From assembly GCA_964541735.1 (NCBI GenBank), contig CAZIQK010000003.1:5484-69483 (forward strand): a DNA stretch of 64,000 nt, read 5' to 3'. Below, piece by piece: positions 31,265 to 40,957 of the stretch (positions are counted from its first letter, which is position 1; every line of letters starts with the position of its first letter). The stretch is from an uncultured Treponema sp. Its GTDB lineage: Bacteria > Spirochaetota > Spirochaetia > Treponematales > Treponemataceae. The notes under the pieces are model-generated. The model was not told where the DNA came from. It did no database searches and was given only the letters and a program-made list of their open reading frames with translations. The position numbers and the translations under genes were made by a program.

Positions 31265-31408
31265 AATATTTCCCAATAAAACTAACTAACTTTTAATATA
31301 CTAAAAAATCAAATAAAAGAATAGGACGAAACAAACAATAAATTCTGCTTGCTTCGCCCTACTTTATCGATTAATAAAATATCTCACTAAAAAATCGTAG
31401 AGATTTTA

Positions 31409-33367
31409 TTATTTTTTATCATCATGAACTTCATATTCAACATCATCAGCGTTACCTTTGTCAAAACCGGATTTATTTTCTGTTGAATCTGAACCTGAAT
31501 TTGCATTATCGGTTGAAGTAGAATCACCTGCATTTGGATTTTGTCCTTGTGCACCTTGTTGTTTATAAAGTTCTTCTGCAATTTTGTAAGAAGATTGTTT
31601 TAAAGCTTCTGTTTTTGATTTTATATCTTCAACATTATCGCTTTCCATTGCTTTTTTCAAATCTGCAATTGCTGATTCAACCTTTTGTTTTTCTGCAGAA
31701 TCAACTTTATCTCCAAGGTCTTTCAGAGATTTTTCTGTAGCATAAATCAAACTATCTGCTTCATTTTTTGCATCAACACCTTCGCGTTTTGCTTTATCAG
31801 CAGCAGCATTAGCTTCAGCATCTTTTACCATCTTGTTGATTTCATCTTCAGAAAGGCCAGATGATGATGTAATTTGAATATGTTGCTCTTTTCCAGTACC
31901 TAAATCTTTTGCAGAAACGTGAACAATTCCGTTTGCATCAATATCAAAAGTAACTTCAATCTGAGGAACTCCACGTGGAGCAGCAGGAATACCAACCAAA
32001 TCAAATCTTCCTAAAGTTCTGTTTTGCTCTGCCATTTCGCGTTCTCCTTGAAGTACGTGAATTGAAACAGCTGTTTGTCCATCTGCAGCAGTTGAGAATA
32101 TTTGACTCTTCTTTGTAGGAATTGTTGTATTTCGAGGAATAAGTTTTGTCATTACTCCGCCCATTGTTTCAATTCCCAAAGAAAGTGGAGTTACATCAAG
32201 CAAAAGAACATCTTTTACATCACCGCCAAGAACGCCACCCTGAATTGCTGCACCAATAGCAACCGCTTCGTCAGGATTTACTCCACGAGAACCTTCTTTT
32301 CCGAAAATCTGTTTTACAATTTCCTGAACTTTTGGCATACGGCTTGAACCACCAACTAATAAAACTTCATCAATTTTATCAGCTGAAATTCCAGCATCTG
32401 CAAGAGCTTTTCTACAAGGTTCCTTTGTTCTTTCAAACAAGCCATCTGTCATTTGTTCAAACTGAGCACGAGTCAAAGATTTTTGTAAATGTTTTGGACC
32501 TGTAGCATCTGCTGTAATAAATGGCAAATTAATATCAGTTGTAGTTTGACTTGAAAGTGCAATTTTTGCATTTTCTGCAGCTTCTCGAAGTCGTTGCATA
32601 GCCATTGGATCACCAGAAAGATCAATTCCAGAATCCTTTTTAAATTCAGCAATAAGCCAGTTGATAATAACACGATCCCAGTCATCACCACCAAGATGAG
32701 TATCACCATTTGTAGATTTTACTTCAAAAACTCCATCACCGAGTTCCAAAATAGAAATATCAAATGTACCACCACCAAGGTCGTAAACTGCAATTGTTTT
32801 TTCTTTATTTTGATCTTTATTAAAACCAAATGCCAAAGAAGCAGCTGTTGGTTCATTGATGATTCGTTTTACATCAAGACCAGCGATTTTTCCGGCATCT
32901 TTTGTTGCTTGACGTTGAGCATCATTAAAATATGCAGGAACAGTAATTACCGCTTCTGTAACTTCTTGTCCAAGATAGTCTTCCGCAGTTTTCTTCATTT
33001 TTTGAAGAATAAAAGCAGAAATTTCCTGTGGAGAATATTGCTTTGGTTGTCCATTTTGCTCAATTTCAATTCTTACATCTTGACCATTATCTACAACTTT
33101 GTAAGGAAGTTTTGTTGCTTCCCCCTTAAGTTCGCCAAATCTGTGTCCAATAAGACGTTTTACAGAATAAACTGTGTTTTTTGGATTTGTAACCATCTGA
33201 TTTTTTGCAGGAGCGCCAACGATTCTGTCTCCGCTAGATTTAAAACCAACAATTGACGGAGTTGTTCTTCCCCCTTCAGAATTCTGAATTACAACTGGTT
33301 CTCCATTTTCCATTACAGCGACACAAGAATTCGTAGTTCCTAAGTCAATACCAATAATCTTTCCCAT
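31409..33367 (-). CDS. dnaK: molecular chaperone DnaK
   Basis: 652 aa, with [22 protein letters not shown] and [11 protein letters not shown] signatures. Confidence 0.98.
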   Translation of the reverse strand: MGKIIGIDLGTTNSCVAVMENGEPVVIQNSEGGRTTPSIVGFKSSGDRIVGAPAKNQMVTNPKNTVYSVKRLIGHRFGELKGEATKLPYKVVDNGQDVRIEIEQNGQPKQYSPQEISAFILQKMKKTAEDYLGQEVTEAVITVPAYFNDAQRQATKDAGKIAGLDVKRIINEPTAASLAFGFNKDQNKEKTIAVYDLGGGTFDISILELGDGVFEVKSTNGDTHLGGDDWDRVIINWLIAEFKKDSGIDLSGDPMAMQRLREAAENAKIALSSQTTTDINLPFITADATGPKHLQKSLTRAQFEQMTDGLFERTKEPCRKALADAGISADKIDEVLLVGGSSRMPKVQEIVKQIFGKEGSRGVNPDEAVAIGAAIQGGVLGGDVKDVLLLDVTPLSLGIETMGGVMTKLIPRNTTIPTKKSQIFSTAADGQTAVSIHVLQGEREMAEQNRTLGRFDLVGIPAAPRGVPQIEVTFDIDANGIVHVSAKDLGTGKEQHIQITSSSGLSEDEINKMVKDAEANAAADKAKREGVDAKNEADSLIYATEKSLKDLGDKVDSAEKQKVESAIADLKKAMESDNVEDIKSKTEALKQSSYKIAEELYKQQGAQGQNPNAGDSTSTDNANSGSDSTENKSGFDKGNADDVEYEVHDDKK

Positions 33368-33474
33368 ATATTTTCTCCTTTTAGTTTAAAACTGTCATTA
33401 TCGGACTTACCCGATAATCTTTTTTAAATCTAAGTGACTGATTGCCATGAAAAACACGACAATGACACTTCTTT

Positions 33475-34176
33475 TTAATTTCCATTTTTTGGAACAGACA
33501 CCATAACTTTTGCATGTCTGATTACTTTATCTTTAAGTTTATAACCTTTTAAGTAAACTTGTTTTAAAGTTTCTTTTTCAACACCTTCTTCTTCTGTACG
33601 ACCAATAGCTTCGTGTTCTTCGGGATTAAATTCATCACCAACTTCACCATAGCATTTTAAGCCGTATTTTTCTTCCAACATCTTAACCAAACTGTTGTTT
33701 ATCATTTTTATTCCATCGGCAATAGATTTTACATCAGTTGCAGTTGATGATGCTTCAACAGTTCTGTCAAAATTATCAAGACTATCTAACAAATCACCAA
33801 GAAGATTTGCGTTTGCATATTCCGCAGTTTCTGCTTTTTCTTTAATCATTCTTTTGCGATAATTATCAAAATCAGCAGCACGGCGAAGAAGTTGATCTTT
33901 CAAGTCCGCATTTTCTTTTTTTAATGCTTCGTATTTTTCTTCCAAAGTTGGTTCGTTTTTCTCTTCCTTTGGAGATTCAGTTTCTTCTTTCGTCTCTTCC
34001 GTAGAATTTTTATCAGTTTCTTTTTTTTCAGAATCCGATTTTTTATCAGAAGAGGCATTTTCTTTTTTTTCTTCTTCTTTCAAATTTTCAGATTGGTTTT
34101 CTTCTTTTTCTGATTTTGTACTTTGGTTTTTCTCTGCCATTTCCTTTTCCTTTTTCATTTTATTTATCTCTAACAC
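33475..34176 (-). CDS. grpE: nucleotide exchange factor GrpE
   Basis: K/E-rich N-terminus, then the GrpE core (LRRAADFDNYRKR ... HEAIG ... RHAKV). Alternative starts at 34158 and 34140 (AAGGA-type RBS). Confidence 0.9.
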   Translation of the reverse strand: MLEINKMKKEKEMAEKNQSTKSEKEENQSENLKEEEKKENASSDKKSDSEKKETDKNSTEETKEETESPKEEKNEPTLEEKYEALKKENADLKDQLLRRAADFDNYRKRMIKEKAETAEYANANLLGDLLDSLDNFDRTVEASSTATDVKSIADGIKMINNSLVKMLEEKYGLKCYGEVGDEFNPEEHEAIGRTEEEGVEKETLKQVYLKGYKLKDKVIRHAKVMVSVPKNGN

Positions 34177-34718
34177 TTTTAAAATAATAATTTGAATCGT
34201 AAATCGTCAATAAAAATAATTAAAATTTTATAATTTTGATAATATAAGATTTTATTTTTTCGTTTTTTATACTCTATCATTTATAAGAAATTTTTATGAT
34301 AAAATCAATTTCAATTGAAAAATCTCATCTTTTACCGGGATTTTTTTTTAGAACGAGAAAACACAAATCGTTCGTACCTTTAAAAATCAGATTCACAATG
34401 CCTTTTACAAAATTATTATTGGAAAGCAGGAATATAATTCCGTGACTTCAAGTAATTGATGAACCTTCAAAACATTCGTTGGTGGTGAAAAGCCCCCTAT
34501 TTCCAACTTAAAGGAATTTTTAATCCATTGAAATTTCGCAGCATCATTTTTAATTGCACAAAAAGATGCCTCAAAATTAAAATATTACAACGCCTCGTCT
34601 GTTTTCGCTGATTCAAACTCAGAAGAAAATAATCGCTGACAATTAAAATTTTCTGTAAATGCAGAAAAACACTTTACACTTTGCGTACAAATTCCTTCTT
34701 AGACAAAAATAAAAGATT

Positions 34719-34849
34719 GGGCGGTACTTACCGACTTGTCGCTAGCCAAGTCGGTAAGTCGGGTGTTCCAGCCTTCGCTAACGCTCATTCCTACGTTTCA
34801 CTTCGGGCTTCCATACCCTACCGCTAATAAGAGAGGGGACAGACCCCTA
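34719..34849. repeat. GC-rich composite hairpin element
   Basis: 12-bp perfect stem cttaccgacttg / caagtcggtaag (34727-34758). Its right part (ccagccttcgc ... cttccataccct ... gaggggacagacccct) aligns with the rc of 40395-40484. Confidence 0.6.
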
Positions 34850-34904
34850 ATATATTATTGAACAACTATTTTCTAATTCTTCTTTTCTATATTATAATAA
34901 CCGT

Positions 34905-35786
34905 ATGTTTTTTCCAACGGAAATAATTTTCTCTGCAACAACATTATGCAATCTTCATTGTTCTCATTGTTTTGTAAATCGAATTTCACAAAAACTGGAA
35001 ATTTCTGACGCAAAAAAATTTATTCAATCTTGTATTGATTATGATTTAAAAACTTTAGAAAGCGAGAAACTTGGAAGAATTGAAAAGATTGGTTTTTCAG
35101 GTGGAGAACCGTTTTTATATTTAGATTTTCTTTGTCAAATTTCAAAATTTTGTGTAGAAAAAGATTTAATGTTTGACCAAATCATAACGAATGGCGATTG
35201 GTGGGAAGACGAAGATGATTTATCACAAAAACTAAAAATTTTGTACAATTCTGGTTATGATGGAAAAATTTCTGTAAGTTACGATATTTTTCATGCTCAA
35301 AAAAAAGAACGAATCGAAAAATTTATAAAAATTACACAAAATTTTTTTGGAGAAGATTCTGTAAATATTCAAACTGTAAAATCATCTTTTCCACTGGAAA
35401 ATTTAAACGTAAATGTAAAAACATTTTATCTTCAGCAAACGTTTCCGAGTGAAAATCAAAATGCTTGGAAATCAAAACATTGGTTTAAAGATGATTTTTG
35501 CGAAGGCCCTGGACAAATTCTATTTATCCATCCAAACGGAAATATTGCTCCTTGTTGCGGATTTGCAAACGAAAATCAAAAACTTTTTATTGGAAACATA
35601 AAACAATCGTTTGAACAAGTGATTAAAAATGCAGAGAAGAACAAACTGTTAGACATCGCTTATAACATTGGATTTGCAAAATATCGAAAAAAAATCAAAA
35701 AAAATAAAATAATTTTTCCCGGAAAAACGGATGATATTTGTACTTTTTGTGATTTTGTATGCAAAAACAATTTAGAAAACTACTAA
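34905..35786 (+). CDS. radical SAM protein (with C-terminal Cys-rich auxiliary-cluster-like region)
   Basis: CNLHCSHC (CxxxCxxC) at aa 15-22, GGEPFL SAM-binding motif. C-terminal APCCGFAN ... CTFCDFVC. Confidence 0.72.
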   Translation: MFFPTEIIFSATTLCNLHCSHCFVNRISQKLEISDAKKFIQSCIDYDLKTLESEKLGRIEKIGFSGGEPFLYLDFLCQISKFCVEKDLMFDQIITNGDWWEDEDDLSQKLKILYNSGYDGKISVSYDIFHAQKKERIEKFIKITQNFFGEDSVNIQTVKSSFPLENLNVNVKTFYLQQTFPSENQNAWKSKHWFKDDFCEGPGQILFIHPNGNIAPCCGFANENQKLFIGNIKQSFEQVIKNAEKNKLLDIAYNIGFAKYRKKIKKNKIIFPGKTDDICTFCDFVCKNNLENY

Positions 35787-35803
35787 AAATGCGAGGAAAA
35801 AAA

Positions 35804-36562
35804 ATGGCTCATATTAGATTTATTTATAGCGTTGTAAGAGGATTTTTTAAACAATTTTTTCATTACATTCCAAAAGCAGAATACGAACTTCATCATTTAG
35901 AAAAATATGATACGCAACAACGATTTGAACTTGCTGAAAAAATCTTAAAATTAGAAAAAAAATATGCAAAAACAAAAACCGATGTTTATGGTTTGGAAAA
36001 TTTACCAAAAAAAGATGGATACATTATGTATTCAAATCATCAAGGAAAATACGATGCTTTGGGAATTTTAAGTGCACATGATTTTAGACCAGTTTCTGTT
36101 TTGTGGGATAAACGTTCTGCAAAACAACTTTTAGCTTCTCAAGTGAGTAGACTTTTGGAATGTCAGATTATCGATTTAAAAAATCCATCAACTTTTATGC
36201 CAGCAATAAAAAATGTTACAGAGGCTGTAAAAAACGGAAAACCTTATTTAATTTTTCCAGAAGGCGGATACAAAGATAATAAAAATACTCTACAAGAATT
36301 TCAAACCGGTTGTTTTATGACATCAATTCAATCAAAAACGCCAGTTATTCCTATTGTGATTTATGATTCCTGGAAATCTATGAATACAAACAATATTTTT
36401 TCTCACGTAAAAACTCAAGTTCACTTTTTAAAACAAATTCCCTATGAAGAATATCAATATTTAAATAGAAAGCAACTTTGTGAACTTGTAAAACAAAGAA
36501 TTCAGCAAAAATTAGATGAAATTAAATCGAACCAAAAAGAAATACCAGATAAAACTGTCTAA
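35804..36562 (+). CDS. lysophospholipid (PlsC-type) acyltransferase
   Basis: HX4D motif NHQGKYD and FPEGG motif. Start placed at ATG 35804 behind a GAGGAAAA RBS; the track ORF begins at 35759 inside the previous gene. Confidence 0.72.
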   Translation: MAHIRFIYSVVRGFFKQFFHYIPKAEYELHHLEKYDTQQRFELAEKILKLEKKYAKTKTDVYGLENLPKKDGYIMYSNHQGKYDALGILSAHDFRPVSVLWDKRSAKQLLASQVSRLLECQIIDLKNPSTFMPAIKNVTEAVKNGKPYLIFPEGGYKDNKNTLQEFQTGCFMTSIQSKTPVIPIVIYDSWKSMNTNNIFSHVKTQVHFLKQIPYEEYQYLNRKQLCELVKQRIQQKLDEIKSNQKEIPDKTV

Positions 36563-36653
36563 TTTTTTGATTTGTGATTTTTTTTCTTTTCTTACGATAA
36601 AAATTGTTTTATTTTTAAAGTATATTTCTAGATAATTCGTAGGAGTTTTTTTT

Positions 36654-36962
36654 ATGGCAGAATTAACAATTACAAAAGATAATTTTCAAAAAGAAGTTTT
36701 AGAATCAGATAAACCTGTTTTGATTGATTTTTGGGCAAGTTGGTGTGGACCTTGCAGAATGTTAGGTCCTGTTATTTCTGAAATTGCAGAAGAAAATCCA
36801 GACATAAAAGTTGGAAAAATTAATGTTGATGAACAACCGGATTTGGCAACTCAATTTAACGTAATGAGTATTCCTTTTATTGCAGTTTTTAAGGATGGAA
36901 AATTATATAAAAGTTCTGTGGGCGTTCAACCTAAAGAAAACCTTTTAGAATTAGTAAAATAG
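36654..36962 (+). CDS. trxA: thioredoxin
   Basis: 102 aa, with active site WASWCGPCR. Confidence 0.95.
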   Translation: MAELTITKDNFQKEVLESDKPVLIDFWASWCGPCRMLGPVISEIAEENPDIKVGKINVDEQPDLATQFNVMSIPFIAVFKDGKLYKSSVGVQPKENLLELVK

Positions 36963-37080
36963 AGTTTATCTTTTCATTTCTCTAATTATTATCAATAGTT
37001 GTATAAACAGTTATAACAACTGTACAGAACGATTTTTGATAGAAAAATCTAGACAATAAAACATAAATAAAAATAAAAAA

Positions 37081-37111
37081 GGCATCTCACTGTCTGCAAG
37101 ATGCCTTTTTT
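37081..37111 (+). terminator. trxA intrinsic terminator (bidirectional)
   Basis: ggcatct-N11-agatgcc followed by T6 and preceded by an A-run. An exact second copy is at 37571-37600. Confidence 0.75.
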
Positions 37112-37570
37112 GTTTAGAAAACTAAATTAGCAGTTTTCAAAGAAGTATTTGATTGTTCTAACCAGAGCGAAAAATTGCGAGCAGTGGCGCAGCAATTTGA
37201 GCGTCTTAATCGAAAGAACAATCAAATACAAAAAAAACGCCTTGCAAAAACAAGACGCTTTTATCTTCAAGAAACTACGCTAATAATTAGCAGTTTTCGC
37301 TGAAGTATTTGATTGTTCTAACCAGAGCGAAAAAAAACTGAGCAGTGGCGCAGCAATTTGAACGTCTTAATCGAAAGAACAAGCAAATACAAAAAAAAGC
37401 GCCTTGCAAAAACAAGACGCTTTTATCTTCAAGAAACTACGCTAATAAATTACCAGTTTTCAGAGAAGTATTTAATTGTTGTAACCAGAGCGAAAAAAAA
37501 CTGAGCAGTGGCGCAAGATTTTTGAGCGTCTTAATCGAAAGAACAATCAAATACGTTTAAAAATAAAAAA

Positions 37571-37600
37571 GGCATCTCACTGTCTGCAAGATGCCTTTTT
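37571..37600 (+). terminator. duplicated copy of the trxA-type terminator inside the repeat array
   Basis: Same hairpin, ggcatctcactgtctgcaagatgcc, plus a T-run. It marks a higher-order duplication of about 490 bp (37064-37553 versus 37554 onward). Confidence 0.6.
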
Positions 37601-37879
37601 GTTTAGAAAACTAAATTAGCAGTTTTCGCTGAAGTATTTGATTGTCTAACCAGAGCGAAAAATTGCGAGCAGTGGCGCAGCAATTTGAGCGTCTTAATCG
37701 AAAGAACAATCAAATACAAAAAAAACGCCTTGCAAAAACAAGACGCTTTTATCTTCAAGAAACTACGCTAATAATTAGCAGTTTTCGCTGAAGTATTTGA
37801 TTGTTCTAACCAGAGCGAAAAAAAACTGAGCAGTGGCGCAAGATTTTTGAGCGTCTTAATCGAAAGAACAATCAAATAC

Positions 37880-37918
37880 AAAAAAAAGCGCCTTGCAAAA
37901 ACAAGACGCTTTTTTTTT
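37880..37918 (-). terminator. gap intrinsic terminator
   Basis: agcgccttg-caaaaa-caagacgct (one G-U on the gap-sense strand), flanked by an A7 run and a T9 run. Lies 20 nt downstream of the gap stop and is repeated in units 1, 2, 4 and 5. Confidence 0.75.
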
Positions 37919-37937
37919 CAAGAAACTACACTAATAA

Positions 37938-38981
37938 TTAGCAGTTTTCAGAGAAGTATTTGATTGTTCTAACCATCTGTGAAGTATAAGAGTTTTCGTT
38001 GTCGTACCAAGAAACAACTTCTACTTGATAAAGGTCATCACCAATTTTAGAAACCATTGTCTGTGTTGCATCGAAAAGTGAACCATATTTCATACCAATG
38101 ATGTCTGAAGAAACGATTTGATCTTCGTTGTATCCGAAAGATTCTGTTGCTTCTGCTTTCATAGCAGCGTTAATAGCTTCTTTTGTAACTTCTTTGTCTG
38201 TTTTGATTACAGCAAATAACATTGTTGTAGAACCTGTTGGAGTTGGAACACGTTGAGCAGCACCAATCAATTTTCCGTTCAATTCAGGAATTACAAGACC
38301 GATAGCCTTTGCAGCTCCTGTTGAGTTAGGAACGATGTTTGCAGCACCTGCACGAGCACGGCGAAGATCACCTTTGCGGTGTGGGCCATCAAGAATCATC
38401 TGGTCACCAGTATAAGCGTGGATTGTAGACATAATTCCACTCTGGATTGGAGCGAAATCATTTAATGCTTTAGCCATAGGAGCCAAGCAGTTTGTTGTAC
38501 AAGAAGCAGCAGAAATGATGTTGTCTTCTTTTGTAAGAGTTTTGTGGTTTACATTGTAAACGATTGTTGGAAGGTCGTTTCCTGCAGGAGCAGAAATTAC
38601 AACTTTTCTAGCACCAGCTGTAATGTGAGCTTGTGCCTTATCTTTTGATGTATAGAAACCTGTACATTCAAGAACAACGTCTACTTTAAGTTCGCCCCAA
38701 GGACAATTTGCAGCATCTTTTTCAGCGTAGATTTTAAGAACTTTTCCATCTACAGTGATTGTACCTGCTTCATCATCAGCAGAAACTGTGTGTGTGTTTT
38801 CACCAATTTTTCCACAATAACCGCCCTGTGCTGTATCATATTTAAGAAGATGAGCAAGCATAGAAGGTTTTGTTAAATCGTTGATTGCAACAATTTCATA
38901 TCCTTTTGCGCCAAACATCTGACGGAAAGCCAATCGACCAATACGGCCGAAACCATTGATAGCAACTTTTACATCTGCCAT
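37938..38981 (-). CDS. gap: glyceraldehyde-3-phosphate dehydrogenase
   Basis: 347 aa. INGFGRIGR Rossmann loop and catalytic [12 protein letters not shown]. Confidence 0.97.
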   Translation of the reverse strand: MADVKVAINGFGRIGRLAFRQMFGAKGYEIVAINDLTKPSMLAHLLKYDTAQGGYCGKIGENTHTVSADDEAGTITVDGKVLKIYAEKDAANCPWGELKVDVVLECTGFYTSKDKAQAHITAGARKVVISAPAGNDLPTIVYNVNHKTLTKEDNIISAASCTTNCLAPMAKALNDFAPIQSGIMSTIHAYTGDQMILDGPHRKGDLRRARAGAANIVPNSTGAAKAIGLVIPELNGKLIGAAQRVPTPTGSTTMLFAVIKTDKEVTKEAINAAMKAEATESFGYNEDQIVSSDIIGMKYGSLFDATQTMVSKIGDDLYQVEVVSWYDNENSYTSQMVRTIKYFSENC

Positions 38982-39563
38982 TTTGTATATCTCCTAAAAA
39001 AAGTTTTGAGCAAATATCAATTTGCGAAATAACTTTTTAGCATTTCTGCAACAAAGTGAAGAAATGCCGTTTTATAAAGCAAGTTTCCAACGGAAACTTG
39101 AAAATATAAAAACTGACACTATTTTGGCAGTTTTTATATTATCGCCCATAAAAACTCCGCGTTAGCGGTCGTGCAAGAAGGCTCGAGATACAAGTTGCAA
39201 CGCAACTTGCGTGATAAAAATTGAATGGATGCAATTTTTATCACTCCTTCTAAAAAAATAGATTTAGATTTAAATCTTATACATATAAAATAATGAATTT
39301 TGGCAAAATAGTCTATAATATTTAAACTAGGACTCACAGATTCTGCAATATAACCAATTTTGATTAAAAATTTGTAAGTAGATAGACCTTCTCATCTGCA
39401 TTAGTTTTTATAGATTTTTGTTCTTTCGAATCTGTACACTCGAAAATTCATTTATGAGTTTTAAGTTTTTTTATTTTTCCAAAATATGCAGATATTCTAC
39501 TGTTGAATCGGCAAAAGAGACTCAACAGTTATATCGGATTTTTTCAGTCGGTTTTGTCGTTTA

Positions 39564-40883
39564 TCATTTATATGTTTCGCTTCGTTTTAAAAGTTCCATA
39601 CAAGTTCTTCCATTATGATAACTAGTTTTCCAATTGCCACCTTTATCTTCCCGTAAAATAGGATTTCCATTTTCGTCTAAGGCTGACCACCAATCACCAT
39701 TTTTTTTGTCTACTTGGTGATTTAAAATCCAATTCCACTGTTTTTCTGTGGCCTCTTCATATTTTTTTTGATTTGTCATTTGCCAAGCATTGTAAAAACC
39801 GTTTATGCTTTCTGCTTGATTCCACCAAACGCGAGTTTTATCTTTTGTTGTTCCGCCATTTATTGCAAAATTTTCAAGACAACCATTTTTTGAATCAAAC
39901 CCTTCGTTTAGGGCAACTTCTGCAACTTTTATAACTGTATCGTGAATTTCTGATTTTAATTCGTCATCATTAAGTTCGCACGCTGCTTCCCAAAGTAACC
40001 AAGACGCTTCTATATCGTGTCCATAAGAAATTTCATCTTTTAAAAGATTCCATTGCATATCAAAAAACATTCCAAGATGAGCATTTGGCTGTAAAATTTT
40101 ATTGACAGTTATGCGAACTAACTCACTTAGGCTTTCACCAACTTCTGCACGAACTGATTTTGCATCTGAAAAAACGACTGGCAATGTTCTGTAAAGATTT
40201 GTGTACGCTTCCATAACATGAAGATTTGTGTTCATTGATTTTGGACAATTCATATCTTTTGGAGAAAGAATCATATCGTCGGTTTTTGTCCAATCTTTTG
40301 CACAAGCTTCAATGTATCCTCCAAATTCTTGATCGTATGCATATTTTTCCAGAAGATTGTAAATGTCTAATGCGTGATTCATTGCTTCTTCGGAAAGAGG
40401 GGGCGTTACGGGGTTCTCCCCGTTAGAAAGGGTAGCGGAAGACTGCGAAGCAGGCTGGAGTGAGGGGAATACTTTCCCCTCCTTTAATTCTCTTACTGCT
40501 GCTGCGTATTCTGAAAGTCCGTAGCAACAAAATGCCTCGCCATAAATTTGTTTTTTGTCTACTTTGGGAGTTCCATCTGGCATTACAGACCAATAAACGC
40601 CATCGTTTTCTTTATCAAAATATTTATTTATAATGACAGAGTAAGCAAAATCTGCCATTTTCAGATAATCCGGATTTTTGGTCATTCTTGCAACGGCACT
40701 AAAAGTCCACAAAAAGCGAGATGTCATTACGATTGAACGTTCACAATTTTTGTTTGGAAGATTTTCGTTGTCGATTTTTCCATAAAAACCTTCAAACCCA
40801 TTGCGTGTATCTTTTGAGTATTTTTCCCAATATGGAAGAATGTTGTTAAAAAGTTCATTTTTTACTGATTGATAATCTATCAT
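39564..40883 (-). CDS. N-acylglucosamine 2-epimerase (AGE) superfamily protein carrying an in-frame GC-rich insert
   Basis: 439 aa. Alpha6/alpha6-barrel family pattern (YWEKY, RFLWTFS, GEAFCCYGLSEY, GGYIEA, YGHDIEASWLL, WWNQAE, WKTSYHNGR). Confidence 0.78.
   Translation of the reverse strand: MIDYQSVKNELFNNILPYWEKYSKDTRNGFEGFYGKIDNENLPNKNCERSIVMTSRFLWTFSAVARMTKNPDYLKMADFAYSVIINKYFDKENDGVYWSVMPDGTPKVDKKQIYGEAFCCYGLSEYAAAVRELKEGKVFPSLQPASQSSATLSNGENPVTPPLSEEAMNHALDIYNLLEKYAYDQEFGGYIEACAKDWTKTDDMILSPKDMNCPKSMNTNLHVMEAYTNLYRTLPVVFSDAKSVRAEVGESLSELVRITVNKILQPNAHLGMFFDMQWNLLKDEISYGHDIEASWLLWEAACELNDDELKSEIHDTVIKVAEVALNEGFDSKNGCLENFAINGGTTKDKTRVWWNQAESINGFYNAWQMTNQKKYEEATEKQWNWILNHQVDKKNGDWWSALDENGNPILREDKGGNWKTSYHNGRTCMELLKRSETYK
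40395..40484. repeat. GC-rich hairpin element inserted in frame inside the AGE-family gene
   Basis: About 85-90 nt of GC-rich sequence, homologous end to end with 8775-8868 (rc). It encodes KEGKVFPSLQPASQSSATLSNGENPVTPPL in an otherwise AT-rich gene. Confidence 0.7.
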
Positions 40884-40957
40884 TTTGACCTCGCTAAACG
40901 TTGAGTAAATTTGTAGTTTTTAAATTAAAGACAATTTATTGTCATAAAAAAAATTGT

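Larger units (their letters stand above)
37127..37937 (-). repeat. tandem array, 5 units of 159-166 bp, each a fossil gap 3' end plus terminator plus inverted-repeat spacer
   Basis: Pseudo-stops (tta on +) at 37127, 37287, 37450, 37616 and 37775; the real stop is at 37938. Each unit starts with about 40 nt homologous to the last 12 gap codons. Confidence 0.9.

Noticed and set aside
32594-33256. 220-aa plus-strand ORF antisense to dnaK
   Set aside because: It is completely embedded in the unambiguous dnaK frame. The translation is F/I/N/K-rich nonsense typical of an antisense frame in an AT-rich gene.
34296-34448. 50-aa ORF (MIKSISIEKSHLLPGFFF...) as a possible RiPP precursor for the downstream radical SAM enzyme
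   Set aside because: It is about 450 nt away from the enzyme gene, with no RBS and no Cys/Gly-rich core or leader-like features. Nothing supports it.
37345-37560. 71-aa ORF inside the trxA-gap tandem repeat array
   Set aside because: It is composed of repeat units read in the non-gap orientation, has no RBS, and is not conserved between the near-identical units (frame broken in other copies).
37064-37940. Possibility that the regularly spaced repeats are a CRISPR array
   Set aside because: The units are ~160 bp and homologous over their full length. There are no short repeats alternating with unique spacers, and no cas genes in the window.
39134-39618. ORFs 39134-39337 (-) and 39418-39618 (+) in the gap upstream region
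   Set aside because: They have no RBS and no recognisable motif, and hairpins cross them. The second runs into the epimerase gene's 3' end on the opposite strand.
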